Positions 17,752 through 27,216 of a DNA stretch of 37,625 bases are shown here, piece by piece (positions within the stretch are counted from its first letter, which is position 1; every line of letters starts with the position of its first letter). The translations under genes were made by a program, and so were the position numbers. The DNA lies in the IMG/VR virus record IMGVR_UViG_3300032092_000104, positions 1 to 37,625 of that record. One strand, written 5' to 3'. Below the pieces are notes generated by a model. It saw only the letters and a list, made by a program, of their open reading frames with translations, was not told where the DNA came from and did not search any database. This DNA is from a virus (taxonomy: Duplodnaviria > Caudoviricetes).

Positions 17752-18753
17752 TCAGGTTGCCACGTCGAACAGGACGCCCTGTAGCGAGCGGTTCGAGCAG
17801 CATAGCTGCCCCATCCAATAGATCGGGATGACCACGGCATCCTGATTCACGGGCACCTTCTCGTCATCCTCAGTCCACCGCGCGTCCGGGTGTTCCATGA
17901 GGAATAGATACTTGGTGTTGAGGAAAAACATCTTCTCGGCCGTGGTGCCGAAGTTGGTGTTGTCGTCGAAGATGACCGACGCCGACTTGTATTTCAGGGC
18001 CTCAAAGCCGGCCGCAGCCATCTTGGCGTCAGCGTAGCGTTGGAGATCCTGCAGCCCGCCCTCATAGAGCGAGTACATGTCGTGCGAGGCCACGATCACG
18101 TCCGGCTTGTCGTTGCCGCGATTGGTGGCAAGCCAGAGGGTGTTCATCGCCGAGCGCAGGTTGGCGTAGGTGAGCGCCGTACCCGTGGCCGCGCCGTCGA
18201 CCGCCACGTCGCCGCCCGCGACTTCCTGGAACTTGTTCTTCCAGAACGTATACGTGCCGGCTACGATGCCGCCGACAGTGCCGGTGCCGTCGTTCGTGAT
18301 CATGTGGGCGAGACCGCCGATCTGGTTCGACAGCGCGCCGTCCGAGTAGAGATCAACGCTCATGTTGTTCGCCGCCGTGGCAAACGCTACGTCCGTGCGA
18401 GCCTTCACGAGGTTGATCATGCGCTCTTCGCTGTTGTTCATGCGAAGCTCGCGGCCGGACGCAGTGACGTGGAGCGCAACCTGGCTCCAGTCGTACTTGG
18501 CAGACGACAGAACGTCCGATGCGCCGATGTTGAGCGTGTCGTAGCCGGAATAGCGCTGATACGTGCTGTTTTCGGCGTAGCTGAGCGGGAGGGCGATCTC
18601 GTAGCCGCCAGCAGCGTCCGTCTTGATGTTCCCGCGCTCCTTGAGCACGGTCAACAAGCCGTTGTTGTCGGTCACGTTGTCCACGACCTTGCGATAATGC
18701 TTGCGCATCGTGGTCGTCACCATTTCGGTGAACGTCGAGTTTGGAGAAGGCAT
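17752..18753 (-). CDS. Major capsid protein
   Basis: 333 aa after the scaffold; YSGYDTL, KPDVIV, FLNTKYL, GQLCCSNRSLQGVL. Confidence 0.85.
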   Translation of the reverse strand: MPSPNSTFTEMVTTTMRKHYRKVVDNVTDNNGLLTVLKERGNIKTDAAGGYEIALPLSYAENSTYQRYSGYDTLNIGASDVLSSAKYDWSQVALHVTASGRELRMNNSEERMINLVKARTDVAFATAANNMSVDLYSDGALSNQIGGLAHMITNDGTGTVGGIVAGTYTFWKNKFQEVAGGDVAVDGAATGTALTYANLRSAMNTLWLATNRGNDKPDVIVASHDMYSLYEGGLQDLQRYADAKMAAAGFEALKYKSASVIFDDNTNFGTTAEKMFFLNTKYLFLMEHPDARWTEDDEKVPVNQDAVVIPIYWMGQLCCSNRSLQGVLFDVAT

Positions 18754-18765
18754 GGCTTAGTGGTC

Positions 18766-19869
18766 CTAGTTGGCGTGGTTCCGGCGCCAGATCGAGCGCA
18801 GGTCATCCTCGAGGACGGGGAGACCTCGGACGGGGGCCGAACCGTTGACGTTGATGGCAGCGCTGCGCTTGGCGTTGGCTGCCGCTGACTTCGCCGTCTC
18901 GAGCCGTTTGGCCTCTGCCTCCGTGCGCTGCTGCTCAATCAGCTTCTGTCGCGTGGCGGGGTTGGCCCATCTGGCGCGGTCGTAAGCCTCTTGCAGCACG
19001 TCTTTGTGGGACAGGTCGGGCTTGCTCTTTTTTACGGCTGGGATGAGTGTGAGAATTTCCGTCTCCAACGAGTCGAAATCCGGCTTGTCGGCTGCGAAAC
19101 TCTCTATCGTGCTCTCTACCTGCGACTGGCGAGCCATTTGTTCCTGGGTCTCGCGACCGTGAACAACCTGGCGCGTGTCGTTGAGCATACGCTTAAGCTG
19201 GTCGATTTCTTGAAACGCGGCCGACAGCTGGGCATTGTGCTGCTGTGACTGCGGATCGACTGGCGACGCGAACGGATCGGCCAGCGCATAGAGATCGACC
19301 TTGTAACTGTCCGCCAGCCATTTGATGGCGTTGACGGGATCACGCATGAGAAACTGATCAGCCGCAAACATCTTTTCGATATAGGCGGCTGGTGTGTCGC
19401 CCACGGCTGCGATGCGGTCAGCGTGGGGCGTGATGACCTTGGCCAAGGGCTCGAAATTCTTCACCGTCTGGCCGAGTTGGCTGATTGCTTTGTGTGCGTC
19501 GGCTTCGCGCTGTGCCACATAGGCTTGTGCATCGGGCGGCAGCTTGGTCCAGTGCGCTTTGGCGTCAGCCGTCCAGCTTTGCGGGGGCGGCACGGCAGGC
19601 TTAGCCACCTCTGCGGGCTTGGCCTCCTCAACGGGCGGAGCTTCGGCCTTGCCGTCCTTCGGCGCAAACTTGCCGCTCTCGTCGCGCTCGCGATTGGTGC
19701 TGCGGAACACCTTGCGCAGATCGTCGTCAAGCGCGGCTTCTGCCGCTGCGGCCTTGTCGCCCTCGCTTTGCGGCTCCGATTTGGCTTCTGGCGCAGGTGC
19801 CGGCGTTTCCGGGGCGGGCGCGGCTGGCGCTTCGGCTACTGGCTCGACAACTTCAGCTTCGAGTGACAT
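18766..19869 (-). CDS. Scaffolding protein
   Basis: Pro/Ala/Glu-rich N-terminus, RDESGKF, PPQSW, AYDRARW and helical C-terminus; immediately upstream of the capsid gene. Confidence 0.8.
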   Translation of the reverse strand: MSLEAEVVEPVAEAPAAPAPETPAPAPEAKSEPQSEGDKAAAAEAALDDDLRKVFRSTNRERDESGKFAPKDGKAEAPPVEEAKPAEVAKPAVPPPQSWTADAKAHWTKLPPDAQAYVAQREADAHKAISQLGQTVKNFEPLAKVITPHADRIAAVGDTPAAYIEKMFAADQFLMRDPVNAIKWLADSYKVDLYALADPFASPVDPQSQQHNAQLSAAFQEIDQLKRMLNDTRQVVHGRETQEQMARQSQVESTIESFAADKPDFDSLETEILTLIPAVKKSKPDLSHKDVLQEAYDRARWANPATRQKLIEQQRTEAEAKRLETAKSAAANAKRSAAINVNGSAPVRGLPVLEDDLRSIWRRNHAN

Positions 19870-19875
19870 GAGACC

Positions 19876-20154
19876 TCAGAGGTAAGGCAGGCTGTGCCGT
19901 TTGGTGAACCGCTTGTTTTTGAACCCGCGCGGGCGCTTGGGCGGGTCCATCTCGACGCAACCATTCCGCGCCAGATCCTCGCGACGATGCGAGCGCGACG
20001 TGATCAGCTTGCCGTCGATGGGGCTGCGATATTCGGGGATGTCCGAGCGGACTACCGGCATGCAGATCGCGTTGTCGTCTGCGACCTGCATGGGCTCGCC
20101 CGTCTTGCGGTCGCGGAAGATGAAAGACTGACTGTCCCAGACATAGCGCGTCAT
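19876..20154 (-). CDS. Conserved phage hypothetical protein
   Basis: DIPEYRSPIDGKLITSRS.RREDL..NGC pattern typical of the gene between portal and scaffold. Confidence 0.7.
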   Translation of the reverse strand: MTRYVWDSQSFIFRDRKTGEPMQVADDNAICMPVVRSDIPEYRSPIDGKLITSRSHRREDLARNGCVEMDPPKRPRGFKNKRFTKRHSLPYL

Positions 20155-20534
20155 TGAACCGTAAATCCCAATCGGTTGATTTCTTCTAGGGCTGATAATC
20201 TTGTTGGATAGAGACGCTGGGTTGCCCGCAGCGCATCCTTGGGCGCAAACACGCCGAACCGAACATTATAGACAACGCACGACCATGCGACCCGCACGCG
20301 ATCTGCCTTCAACTTCACTTTGCATCGGCGACGGCGCACGTTGTGAGGGTTCAGCCCCCGCAAACTCCGACGATCTTTCTCTTCGTTGTCGCGTTGTTTG
20401 ATGGCAGTGCGTCCACTGTTGGACATAATGCGCATTCGGTAAATTGCGCCGATTTCGCTCTTGCCAAAGAATATGCAACCGATCGGTTCGGCACGGTTCC
20501 GCACAGCTAAGCTCATAAACGGGTTGCCCATCAC
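20151..20534 (-). CDS. Basic hypothetical protein, lower GC
   Basis: Four-base start/stop overlaps with both neighbours; no recognisable motif. Confidence 0.5.
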   Translation of the reverse strand: MMGNPFMSLAVRNRAEPIGCIFFGKSEIGAIYRMRIMSNSGRTAIKQRDNEEKDRRSLRGLNPHNVRRRRCKVKLKADRVRVAWSCVVYNVRFGVFAPKDALRATQRLYPTRLSALEEINRLGFTVQ

Positions 20535-22492
20535 GCCATCCCTTTCTGCGGCATCATCTGCGCCTTCTGCTGTGCCACCTGCGCGCCGAGCACCATCTTT
20601 TCCGCATCAATCTCGGCGGCCCGCTGCTTGGCAGCCATGTCCATCTCAAGGCCCTGCTGCTTGAAGGCCATTTCCGTCTGTTTCATCTGCATATCGAGCT
20701 GGTGGCCCTCGCGCTTCATGGCCATTTCGTCTTGGCGTGCGGCTTTGTCCATCTCAGCCTTCTGCTGCTCTGGAGACGGCCCAGATGCGGCCTGCTGCTG
20801 CTGCGCAACGAACTGCTGCATCGTCTGACTGACTTGGTCGAGCGCGTCTTCGGCCTGTTTGCCCAAGTCGAACTGGCGGGCGAACGATGCATAGACCTCG
20901 GTGAACATCGGCAACAGTGGCGGGGCCTGCTGCACCACGCCGCCGATAGCCTGGGCGAACGATGCCGTGCCTTGGATGAACTGCGACATCTGCTCAAGCT
21001 TGCGGCCGACGTCGCCGCGGATCGTCGAATCCGTCTCGATGTCAATGCGATAGGAGCGGAGCGCGTCAGACCTGAGCAACTGCTCGGCTTCCGGCGTAAC
21101 CTGCAATCCCGTCATCACCTGCAGGTTTTCAGTTGTGAAGTGGGTGCAGATGATCGCCGCCTTCATGCGGAACAGATCACGAGCGATCCTGGCCACTTCT
21201 TTTTGGAAGTGCTGGATGCGCAAGCCCGCATATTGCGCCTTGATCTGCTGCGCCGTGGCCGTCTCGCTCGCTTGGCTCTGCCCGCGCACGATGTCGGACA
21301 GGCCCGTGACCTGAAAGATCGTTTCGATGATCTTGTCGCGGTGCTGGTAAAGCTTTTCGACAACGCCCGCGATTGTCTCAATCGGCCATTGGAAGATGGC
21401 CTTCTCAATGCCGCCTGCGCCTTGGGCAAACTTGGTCGCCTCTTCGGCTGGCTCAAAAATGCCATCGTCGGCCGTCTGCAGCTTGATGAAGTCGGCCTTC
21501 ATTGCCGAGTCGTACAGGCCCTTTACGCGAAGCTGCTTCACCAGCTTGTTGATGCGCTTGGTGACGATGTCCAGCTCTTCGATCAGCTGCCGGTAGACCT
21601 CATAGGGGCAGACCGGCGTCATGCCGCTGAGACGCCAGATCGGTTGCAATGGCCTCGGCACGGGAAAGAAGCCGGGCAGCTTCAGCGGGTCGCGCTCGAC
21701 CTTCAGCGGCTCTGACTTGGCCTCGTCCCGGATGAACACCACGACTTCGCGGCGCTTGTCCCAGATCTCATAGACCTTAGTCGTCTTGAAAATGCCGGCG
21801 TCGGGCTTGGCTTTCAGCTCGCGATCCCGATTGGCATCCGTCTCGCTCATGGTGACTTCAGTGTCGCCGCCTGTGAGCTGGTCAATCTCGTCTTTTGTCA
21901 GGTCGTGCTCAAAAGCGATCCACGGGATCGTGTCCCATGTCCGGCCAGGGCCGCGAATGAACCGATCCCACGCGACGATTTCGCACGTAACTTCCTGGTA
22001 GCCGATCACCTCGACGGGCTGTTGCGTTTGAGGGTCCATCTCCTCGCGCATCTGCGGCTTGTAGCGCACGCGCGGCACACCGCGACCCGCCGTCAGCGCC
22101 GAGCGGACCACGTCGCGCATGGTGGTGTCGAACTCGTACTGATCGACCGCATAGCTGATAGCGCGCTCGATGATGTCGACGCCAAGCTTAGATGTCGGGT
22201 CCGGGTCGTCATAGCGGCGGCGGATGTCAGGAACGGGCGTGGAGTTATACGCCGCCGGCACCATCGTCTCGATGTTGCTGTGATAGATGTTGAATGCGGT
22301 CTTGCCGCTTTGCGCCGTGCCAGGGTCGCCGGCCTCATAGATCTCGATCGCGCGCTCTGCCTGCTCGCGCCATTCCTTTTCGTCGTCTTTCGACTTCTCG
22401 ATATGCCGCAGCCAGACATCGACCGGCGCCATGCCGGTTTCAATAGCCTTGGCTTCGGTCTCGATCATCTGGCCGTCGTAGGTCTCAGCCAT
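20531..22492 (-). CDS. Portal protein
   Basis: 653 aa after terL; TGLSDIVRG..ETATAQQIK, YRIDIETDST and Q-rich barrel tail. Confidence 0.88.
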   Translation of the reverse strand: MAETYDGQMIETEAKAIETGMAPVDVWLRHIEKSKDDEKEWREQAERAIEIYEAGDPGTAQSGKTAFNIYHSNIETMVPAAYNSTPVPDIRRRYDDPDPTSKLGVDIIERAISYAVDQYEFDTTMRDVVRSALTAGRGVPRVRYKPQMREEMDPQTQQPVEVIGYQEVTCEIVAWDRFIRGPGRTWDTIPWIAFEHDLTKDEIDQLTGGDTEVTMSETDANRDRELKAKPDAGIFKTTKVYEIWDKRREVVVFIRDEAKSEPLKVERDPLKLPGFFPVPRPLQPIWRLSGMTPVCPYEVYRQLIEELDIVTKRINKLVKQLRVKGLYDSAMKADFIKLQTADDGIFEPAEEATKFAQGAGGIEKAIFQWPIETIAGVVEKLYQHRDKIIETIFQVTGLSDIVRGQSQASETATAQQIKAQYAGLRIQHFQKEVARIARDLFRMKAAIICTHFTTENLQVMTGLQVTPEAEQLLRSDALRSYRIDIETDSTIRGDVGRKLEQMSQFIQGTASFAQAIGGVVQQAPPLLPMFTEVYASFARQFDLGKQAEDALDQVSQTMQQFVAQQQQAASGPSPEQQKAEMDKAARQDEMAMKREGHQLDMQMKQTEMAFKQQGLEMDMAAKQRAAEIDAEKMVLGAQVAQQKAQMMPQKGMA

Positions 22493-23855
22493 CGATCGAT
22501 TTCTTCCTGCGCTTCAATTCGATGATCTCTCTGACGCTCATGTTGGAACGGATGCGGCCGGTGTGATCTACCTTGAGCACGTGGTCGGTCGGTTTCTTGA
22601 CCTCAACTCTCGGCACAATCTCGCGCCAGGCCATGGCGGCGTATCGGAAGGCGTCAGCAGCGTGGCTCGTCCAGTCGTGCTTAGGCGCGTTCTTGAACAC
22701 CTTGGCTTTTTCGTCGAACTCGGTGCGATACTGGCGCAGCGCCTCGAGCCCGTACTTGCAGCGCGTCTCGTCGAACCACATGCGCGGAAACGAGACGCGG
22801 GCGGCGTTGATGCCGTCCTCTACCTTGTGATCTGGCACCAGACGCGGCTTGCGTTGTAACTGCTGCAGCGTCTCAACTCTGGTCCGGCCCGTGCTCAGCT
22901 CGCGCACCTTGGCATCATGCGGCACCCAATCGTCACCGTGATAGCCGCGGGCTTTCAGTTCGGCTGCGTAGTGAGCAAGTGGCTGACCGTGCGCCTCGTA
23001 ATAGTCAACGAACCTGATCTCGCCGCCGACCATCTGGAAACACCAGATCGCAGTGCTGTCCCCGATACCCAAGTCCCACGCGGCGTGGACTGGCACGGTT
23101 GGATCGACTGGCACCGGCCGCACGCGGTTGGCGCGCTCGGCTTCCACGATCTCTTTGCCGTAGTAGGCGCCGAGGATCGCCGCGTTAAAGTTGCACTCGA
23201 TTTCCTGCTCGTATTGTTCAGGCGATAGCTCGGCGCGAATGCCCTGCAATTCGTCGTCGTCGATAATGCCGCTATCCGAACCTCGAAGCATCAGGCGAAA
23301 CCAGTCAGTCGACGACTTTGCGCGCTCCCACACATCGAAAAAGTCGTTGCGCCCTTTGGGTGTGCCTATGAACGTGGCCCAGCCCTTACGATCTGCGAGC
23401 ATGGGGCGAATGACCTCTGGCCATGCAGCCGGGTGCATGTCGCCGTACTCGTCGAGTATCACTCCGTCGAGATACGCGCCGCGGAGCCGGTCGTAATTGT
23501 CGGCGCCGGCCAATCGAACGCGCGCCTTGTTGTGCTCAAACTCGACGAACAATTCACTCTCGTTGAGCCTTACACCGGGGATCGGCGCCGTGAACCTCTT
23601 CACATAAAGCCAGGCAACGTCCTTGGCCTGGTTCCAATGCGGGGCGACGTAGGCAAAGCGGCCATCCTTCTGCTGGCACCTGAGAGCCTTATCGACGAGG
23701 TCCATCACGCAAGCGACGGTCTTTCCAGCGCGTCGGTGGGCGACGAGACACGCCCATCTCTGCCGGCGCCGATGAAACTCGATGAACTGCTCTCGGGGCC
23801 GATAGCCCAGATCAATGAGCCTGCGGCCGGTCGTCTGTGTCGTCTGCCGTTGCAT
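22485..23855 (-). CDS. terL: Terminase large subunit
   Basis: AHRRAGKT Walker A, VILDE Walker B, IGTPKG, WDLG and HAADAFRY nuclease motifs. Confidence 0.95.
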   Translation of the reverse strand: MQRQTTQTTGRRLIDLGYRPREQFIEFHRRRQRWACLVAHRRAGKTVACVMDLVDKALRCQQKDGRFAYVAPHWNQAKDVAWLYVKRFTAPIPGVRLNESELFVEFEHNKARVRLAGADNYDRLRGAYLDGVILDEYGDMHPAAWPEVIRPMLADRKGWATFIGTPKGRNDFFDVWERAKSSTDWFRLMLRGSDSGIIDDDELQGIRAELSPEQYEQEIECNFNAAILGAYYGKEIVEAERANRVRPVPVDPTVPVHAAWDLGIGDSTAIWCFQMVGGEIRFVDYYEAHGQPLAHYAAELKARGYHGDDWVPHDAKVRELSTGRTRVETLQQLQRKPRLVPDHKVEDGINAARVSFPRMWFDETRCKYGLEALRQYRTEFDEKAKVFKNAPKHDWTSHAADAFRYAAMAWREIVPRVEVKKPTDHVLKVDHTGRIRSNMSVREIIELKRRKKSIDG

Positions 23856-24141
23856 TCGGGACGCCGGTTGCGATCATGATGCCGAGCGGGTTGTCAGGGT
23901 CGCCCTTGTGCTCGACAGATGCGAGCTTGGGATGGATGTACGGGGCCGCCGCCTTGGCGCAGTCGATGATGACGGTCTCGTCCTTGGACGTGCGCATGAT
24001 CCGCAGCAGCACGTCCAACGGAAGATCGCCCTCGCTCTTGATCGCCTCCACCTTCTCACGCACCGCAGCACGCTCGATTGCGGTCTTGGTGTTGGTCGAT
24101 CCTCTTCGCCGTCCGGCCCCTGTCCGCTTTCCACCGTGCAT
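23812..24141 (-). CDS. terS: Terminase small subunit
   Basis: GGKRTGAGRRRGS N-terminus and AKAAAPYIHPKL..VEHKG; upstream of terL. Confidence 0.8.
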   Translation of the reverse strand: MHGGKRTGAGRRRGSTNTKTAIERAAVREKVEAIKSEGDLPLDVLLRIMRTSKDETVIIDCAKAAAPYIHPKLASVEHKGDPDNPLGIMIATGVPNATADDTDDRPQAH

Positions 24142-24171
24142 CTTGATTATCTTGATTTTCGTTTCATGAAT

Positions 24172-24474
24172 TCAAGTTGTGACTTCTGTAGTAGACGTGG
24201 CCTTCCCTACCGATTGCCACCAAGTGACCTCGCACATGGGCTCGCCGTTTTTGAGAACGAACGCGCCACGAATCGGGATTTCAGGCACCGTCTTGCGTAC
24301 CTCGCTCATTGCGCGGTCTAGGGCCTCTTCTGCGCCAGTTATTTCGTGCAGGTACATGACGGACAGAGGCAGCGCGGGCTTGCCGGTGAAGGGGGACGCT
24401 GCTGCATCAAGGGCTGCCCTCATGCCGTTCCAGCGCTCCAGCACGGTTTTGGGCAAAGGAAACAGACGAGTCAT
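24172..24474 (-). CDS. Hypothetical protein
   Basis: ATGA-coupled to the upstream membrane protein gene. Confidence 0.6.
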   Translation of the reverse strand: MTRLFPLPKTVLERWNGMRAALDAAASPFTGKPALPLSVMYLHEITGAEEALDRAMSEVRKTVPEIPIRGAFVLKNGEPMCEVTWWQSVGKATSTTEVTT

Positions 24475-25457
24475 GCCGTGGCCTTCATGTTCGCCATGAG
24501 TGCAGCAGCATCGCCGAGGCTCATGTGCTCAGTCTTGGCGACTGTTGCTGTGGTGTTGGCTGTTTCACGTGCAACACTGCTGGTGGACTCGTCGTCCTTG
24601 CGGCGGAACAAGCCGGCGGCGAAGAAACACAGCGCGGGAAGGCCAGTGCCGGCGAGTGCCATGGCGAGATTAGCGGAAAGCTGCGTGCCTTCCTCTGTCC
24701 TCGCGTCGGGCTGAAGCTCGCCTTGCCCGAAAAAGGCGACCGCCTTGGAGAGGAAGGCGTTCATGTGCTCGGTCTGGCTCGACTTGAACTCGACCGTTGC
24801 CGCCTTTCCGCGCAACTCCTCGACCTTGGCCGTAGCGTGCTTGATCCGATCGTCTAGCCCTTTGGTTTCCTCGAGCACGGCAATGCGAGAGGCGACCTCG
24901 TCGCGCTCTTGAGTGCGGGCGAGGCAGCGCTGCTTGCAGCCACCACGGGCGGCTTCCTGATCGATCGCGAGGTTGAGGCTGGCCATACGGGCGCGGAGTG
25001 CATCGGCCGTCACGGATGCGGTCCACCCGTTCTGCTGGATCAGGTCGGCGCGGCGCTTGTTCCAGAAGGCGATTTGGCTTCGCAGTTCATCGACGTTGTC
25101 CTGTGCGCCCTTGTGCTTGACGTTCTGCACTCGGGTGACGGCGAGGTCATGGCCGCGAATGCCGGCGGTGTAGGCTGCATGCTGGCCAAACTCGATGGCG
25201 AGCAGCGGGATGCAGAGGGCGCCGAGCACGACGGCCATGACTTTTCGGCCGCGCTGCCACATGAACTCAGCCGTGACGGGCAGGAACGCCGCGACGAACG
25301 ACAGAATCACGAGGAACAGGGCATGAGCGAGCGTCATCTTGAGCCCGACCATGAAGGACATCCACGACGCTGCAATGAGGGCGAAGACGCCGAAGTAGAG
25401 CCAGAGGCGGCCCCACGGGCTGAGGTCTCCGAACAGGTCTTTCATGATCTGCTTCAC
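24471..25457 (-). CDS. Inner-membrane protein: 3 TM, coiled coil with CxxxC, then 1 TM
   Basis: Hydrophobic N-terminal helices, long heptad region with GGCKQRC and a C-terminal TM; GGAGG before GTG 25457. Confidence 0.75.
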   Translation of the reverse strand: MKQIMKDLFGDLSPWGRLWLYFGVFALIAASWMSFMVGLKMTLAHALFLVILSFVAAFLPVTAEFMWQRGRKVMAVVLGALCIPLLAIEFGQHAAYTAGIRGHDLAVTRVQNVKHKGAQDNVDELRSQIAFWNKRRADLIQQNGWTASVTADALRARMASLNLAIDQEAARGGCKQRCLARTQERDEVASRIAVLEETKGLDDRIKHATAKVEELRGKAATVEFKSSQTEHMNAFLSKAVAFFGQGELQPDARTEEGTQLSANLAMALAGTGLPALCFFAAGLFRRKDDESTSSVARETANTTATVAKTEHMSLGDAAALMANMKATA

Positions 25458-25502
25458 GGGTGAGCCTCCATTGAGTGATACGCTCACGGGTGCGGGCGGC
25501 AA

Positions 25503-25733
25503 TTACTTGAGGGCCCATACAGCGCCGGCCAGATACAAGAGCTGCAGCGGCTCGGCAGTGACGCGGGGAATGGGGATGCGGACGGCGTCGATGCTGATCC
25601 AGCCGAGCGAGAACATCCGGGAAGCCGCGTAGGCCAGGCCGATGGCGAGCACGAGCTTTGCCCACCAGACGCACCAGTGGCTGATTGTGCCGGCGATCTG
25701 GAGCAGCGAGGATTTGATGGTGGCGGCGTTCAT
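25503..25733 (-). CDS. Small membrane protein (76 aa)
   Basis: Two hydrophobic segments; in operon. Confidence 0.65.
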   Translation of the reverse strand: MNAATIKSSLLQIAGTISHWCVWWAKLVLAIGLAYAASRMFSLGWISIDAVRIPIPRVTAEPLQLLYLAGAVWALK

Positions 25734-25734
25734 G

Positions 25735-25818
25735 TCAGTCGTCCAGAGTGACAGCGTTGGCAGTCGCGACGAAATGGACTAGCAGGATGAACACGATCCA
25801 GAGGATGACGAGGCTCAC
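25735..25818 (-). CDS. 27-aa membrane peptide (MSLVILWIVFILLVHFVATANAVTLDD)
   Basis: GTGA overlap with the OMP stop; ends one base before the next ATG. Confidence 0.45.
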   Translation of the reverse strand: MSLVILWIVFILLVHFVATANAVTLDD

Positions 25819-26348
25819 CGGAAACGCCATCTCAGGCCGATGATGGTGGCAAAGTCATCCTTGGTGGCGGCGCCCCACTTGCTGACGGCGAATGATCCTT
25901 CGGCGAATGCAGACAGTCCCTCGACGAAAACGGTAGTCTCCAGACCTCCGCCAACGTAGAGCTGGCCGGCGGTGCCGAGCTTGAAGTCTTGGGCACGCCA
26001 GTCCACCAAGCCGTAGAGGTCCACGTTGGGATTGAGGGCAAAGCCAAGCCGGGCGCCGAGCGAGCCGCCGCGGGTCTCGGCCTCACCAAAGAACCCGCGA
26101 ATGTTGGCGCCGATGAATGCGCGGTCGATCTTGATGTTGCAGCCACCGCCGAGGGCGCCATTGGCCGTGCGGTCGCCAGCGGCGAGAAACGTGCCGGCGA
26201 GCCCGGCCTCCACATAGCAGCCACGCAACGCGGATGGGGCTGGAGCGTTGATGATCTGCTCGAGCGTAGCCGGAGGCCCGCCCTTGTCGGCAGCGGCGGC
26301 GGGGGAGACCAGCGCGACCAGCGCGGCAAATATCGCAACTTTCCGCAT
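25815..26348 (-). CDS. Outer-membrane beta-barrel protein (8-strand OMP-like)
   Basis: Sec signal MRKVAIFAALVALVSPAAAA, alternating amphipathic strands (GCYVEAG, GARLGFAL, YVGGGLE) and C-terminal IIGLRWRF. Confidence 0.82.
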   Translation of the reverse strand: MRKVAIFAALVALVSPAAAADKGGPPATLEQIINAPAPSALRGCYVEAGLAGTFLAAGDRTANGALGGGCNIKIDRAFIGANIRGFFGEAETRGGSLGARLGFALNPNVDLYGLVDWRAQDFKLGTAGQLYVGGGLETTVFVEGLSAFAEGSFAVSKWGAATKDDFATIIGLRWRFR

Positions 26349-26633
26349 CGTGCGTGGTCCTTTTTTGCTGGCTGCGGTAGTTTCCCCTGACCGGTCGACG
26401 TTGGGTGTGTCCGGTGCGTGCGGCAGGCCGGCTGATGTGCAATCCGGTCAGGGGGTCTCGGTAAGCGTACCGTGGGTGAGTGGCGTCGATGCGCGAATAG
26501 GGCGGCCCTGGTGTGGAGCCGCCTTGGTGCTTCGGGCGCAATGCTGGAATTGGCTGGCTTTACTCTCAACCGCTCGGATGCTGCGGGAGATGCCTGGGTC
26601 CGCACACTGATGACAAGGCGCGGGCGTCCGTCA
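26349..26633 (-). ncRNA. Structured late-operon leader
   Basis: About 285 nt non-coding; 11-bp stem 26384-26394/26444-26454 and 6-bp stem 26501-26506/26518-26523. Confidence 0.45.
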
Positions 26634-26639
26634 CTGCGC

Positions 26640-26668
26640 GTTATGCCGTATTTCCGCCACGTAGTCAA
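26640..26668 (-). promoter_or_regulatory. Late promoter (pR'-like)
   Basis: TTGACT-N17-CATAAC on the minus strand; the -35 contains the stop codon of the NusG-like gene. Confidence 0.65.
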
Positions 26669-27114
26669 CCAGGGCGCAATTGCTTGTAGTGGACGGGGCG
26701 GACGTGTTGCTTGCCAAGCATAGTCCATGCAAACCAACACGTTTCGCCATTGCGGTCGACCACAGTCCCCGGCACCTCGCCACGATAGACGGACTGGCCG
26801 ACACTGAAAGGATTGTCGCAGCGGCGCCCCTGGACGCGGTCGAGATGGGTAGCGACGCGGATCATATCACGGCGCAGCACTGGCCCAACCGCCCGGCCGA
26901 TGTAGCGGGCGTCATGGGGCTTGCCTTCCGCCGGGAGATAGCCCCGGATTGCCGGCACGGTGCGATCTACTGGCTTGCGACTGCCGGCGCGGCGGGTCGT
27001 AACGGTCTCCGTTGGCAGCTCGTAGCCAATGCCGGCGCGCTCACACTCGCGAGCGGCTTTGAACTCCCGCTGTGGGGCGATGTGGAAGGCGGTTAAAACG
27101 TCGTTCATGCTCAT
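26665..27114 (-). CDS. NusG-like transcription antiterminator (NGN + KOW)
   Basis: PQREFKA..ERAGI...LP..PAIRGYL N-domain and FSVGQSV..GTVV..MLGK KOW-like domain; occupies the Q-gene position. Confidence 0.75.
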   Translation of the reverse strand: MSMNDVLTAFHIAPQREFKAARECERAGIGYELPTETVTTRRAGSRKPVDRTVPAIRGYLPAEGKPHDARYIGRAVGPVLRRDMIRVATHLDRVQGRRCDNPFSVGQSVYRGEVPGTVVDRNGETCWFAWTMLGKQHVRPVHYKQLRPG

Positions 27115-27216
27115 GGTGTCCCGTTCGATACGCGGGCACTCGTGGTCAGATGATCTTGTCTGGTGTCGTCTTGGGGAAATCATCGAAGGCTGACGGTCTG
27201 CGCACTCTATCGAGCT

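Noticed and set aside
4928-23879. Long plus-strand ORFs (e.g. 4928..6154, 11009..12463, 20702..21715)
   Set aside because: These are antisense shadows of well-supported high-GC minus-strand genes, with no motifs.
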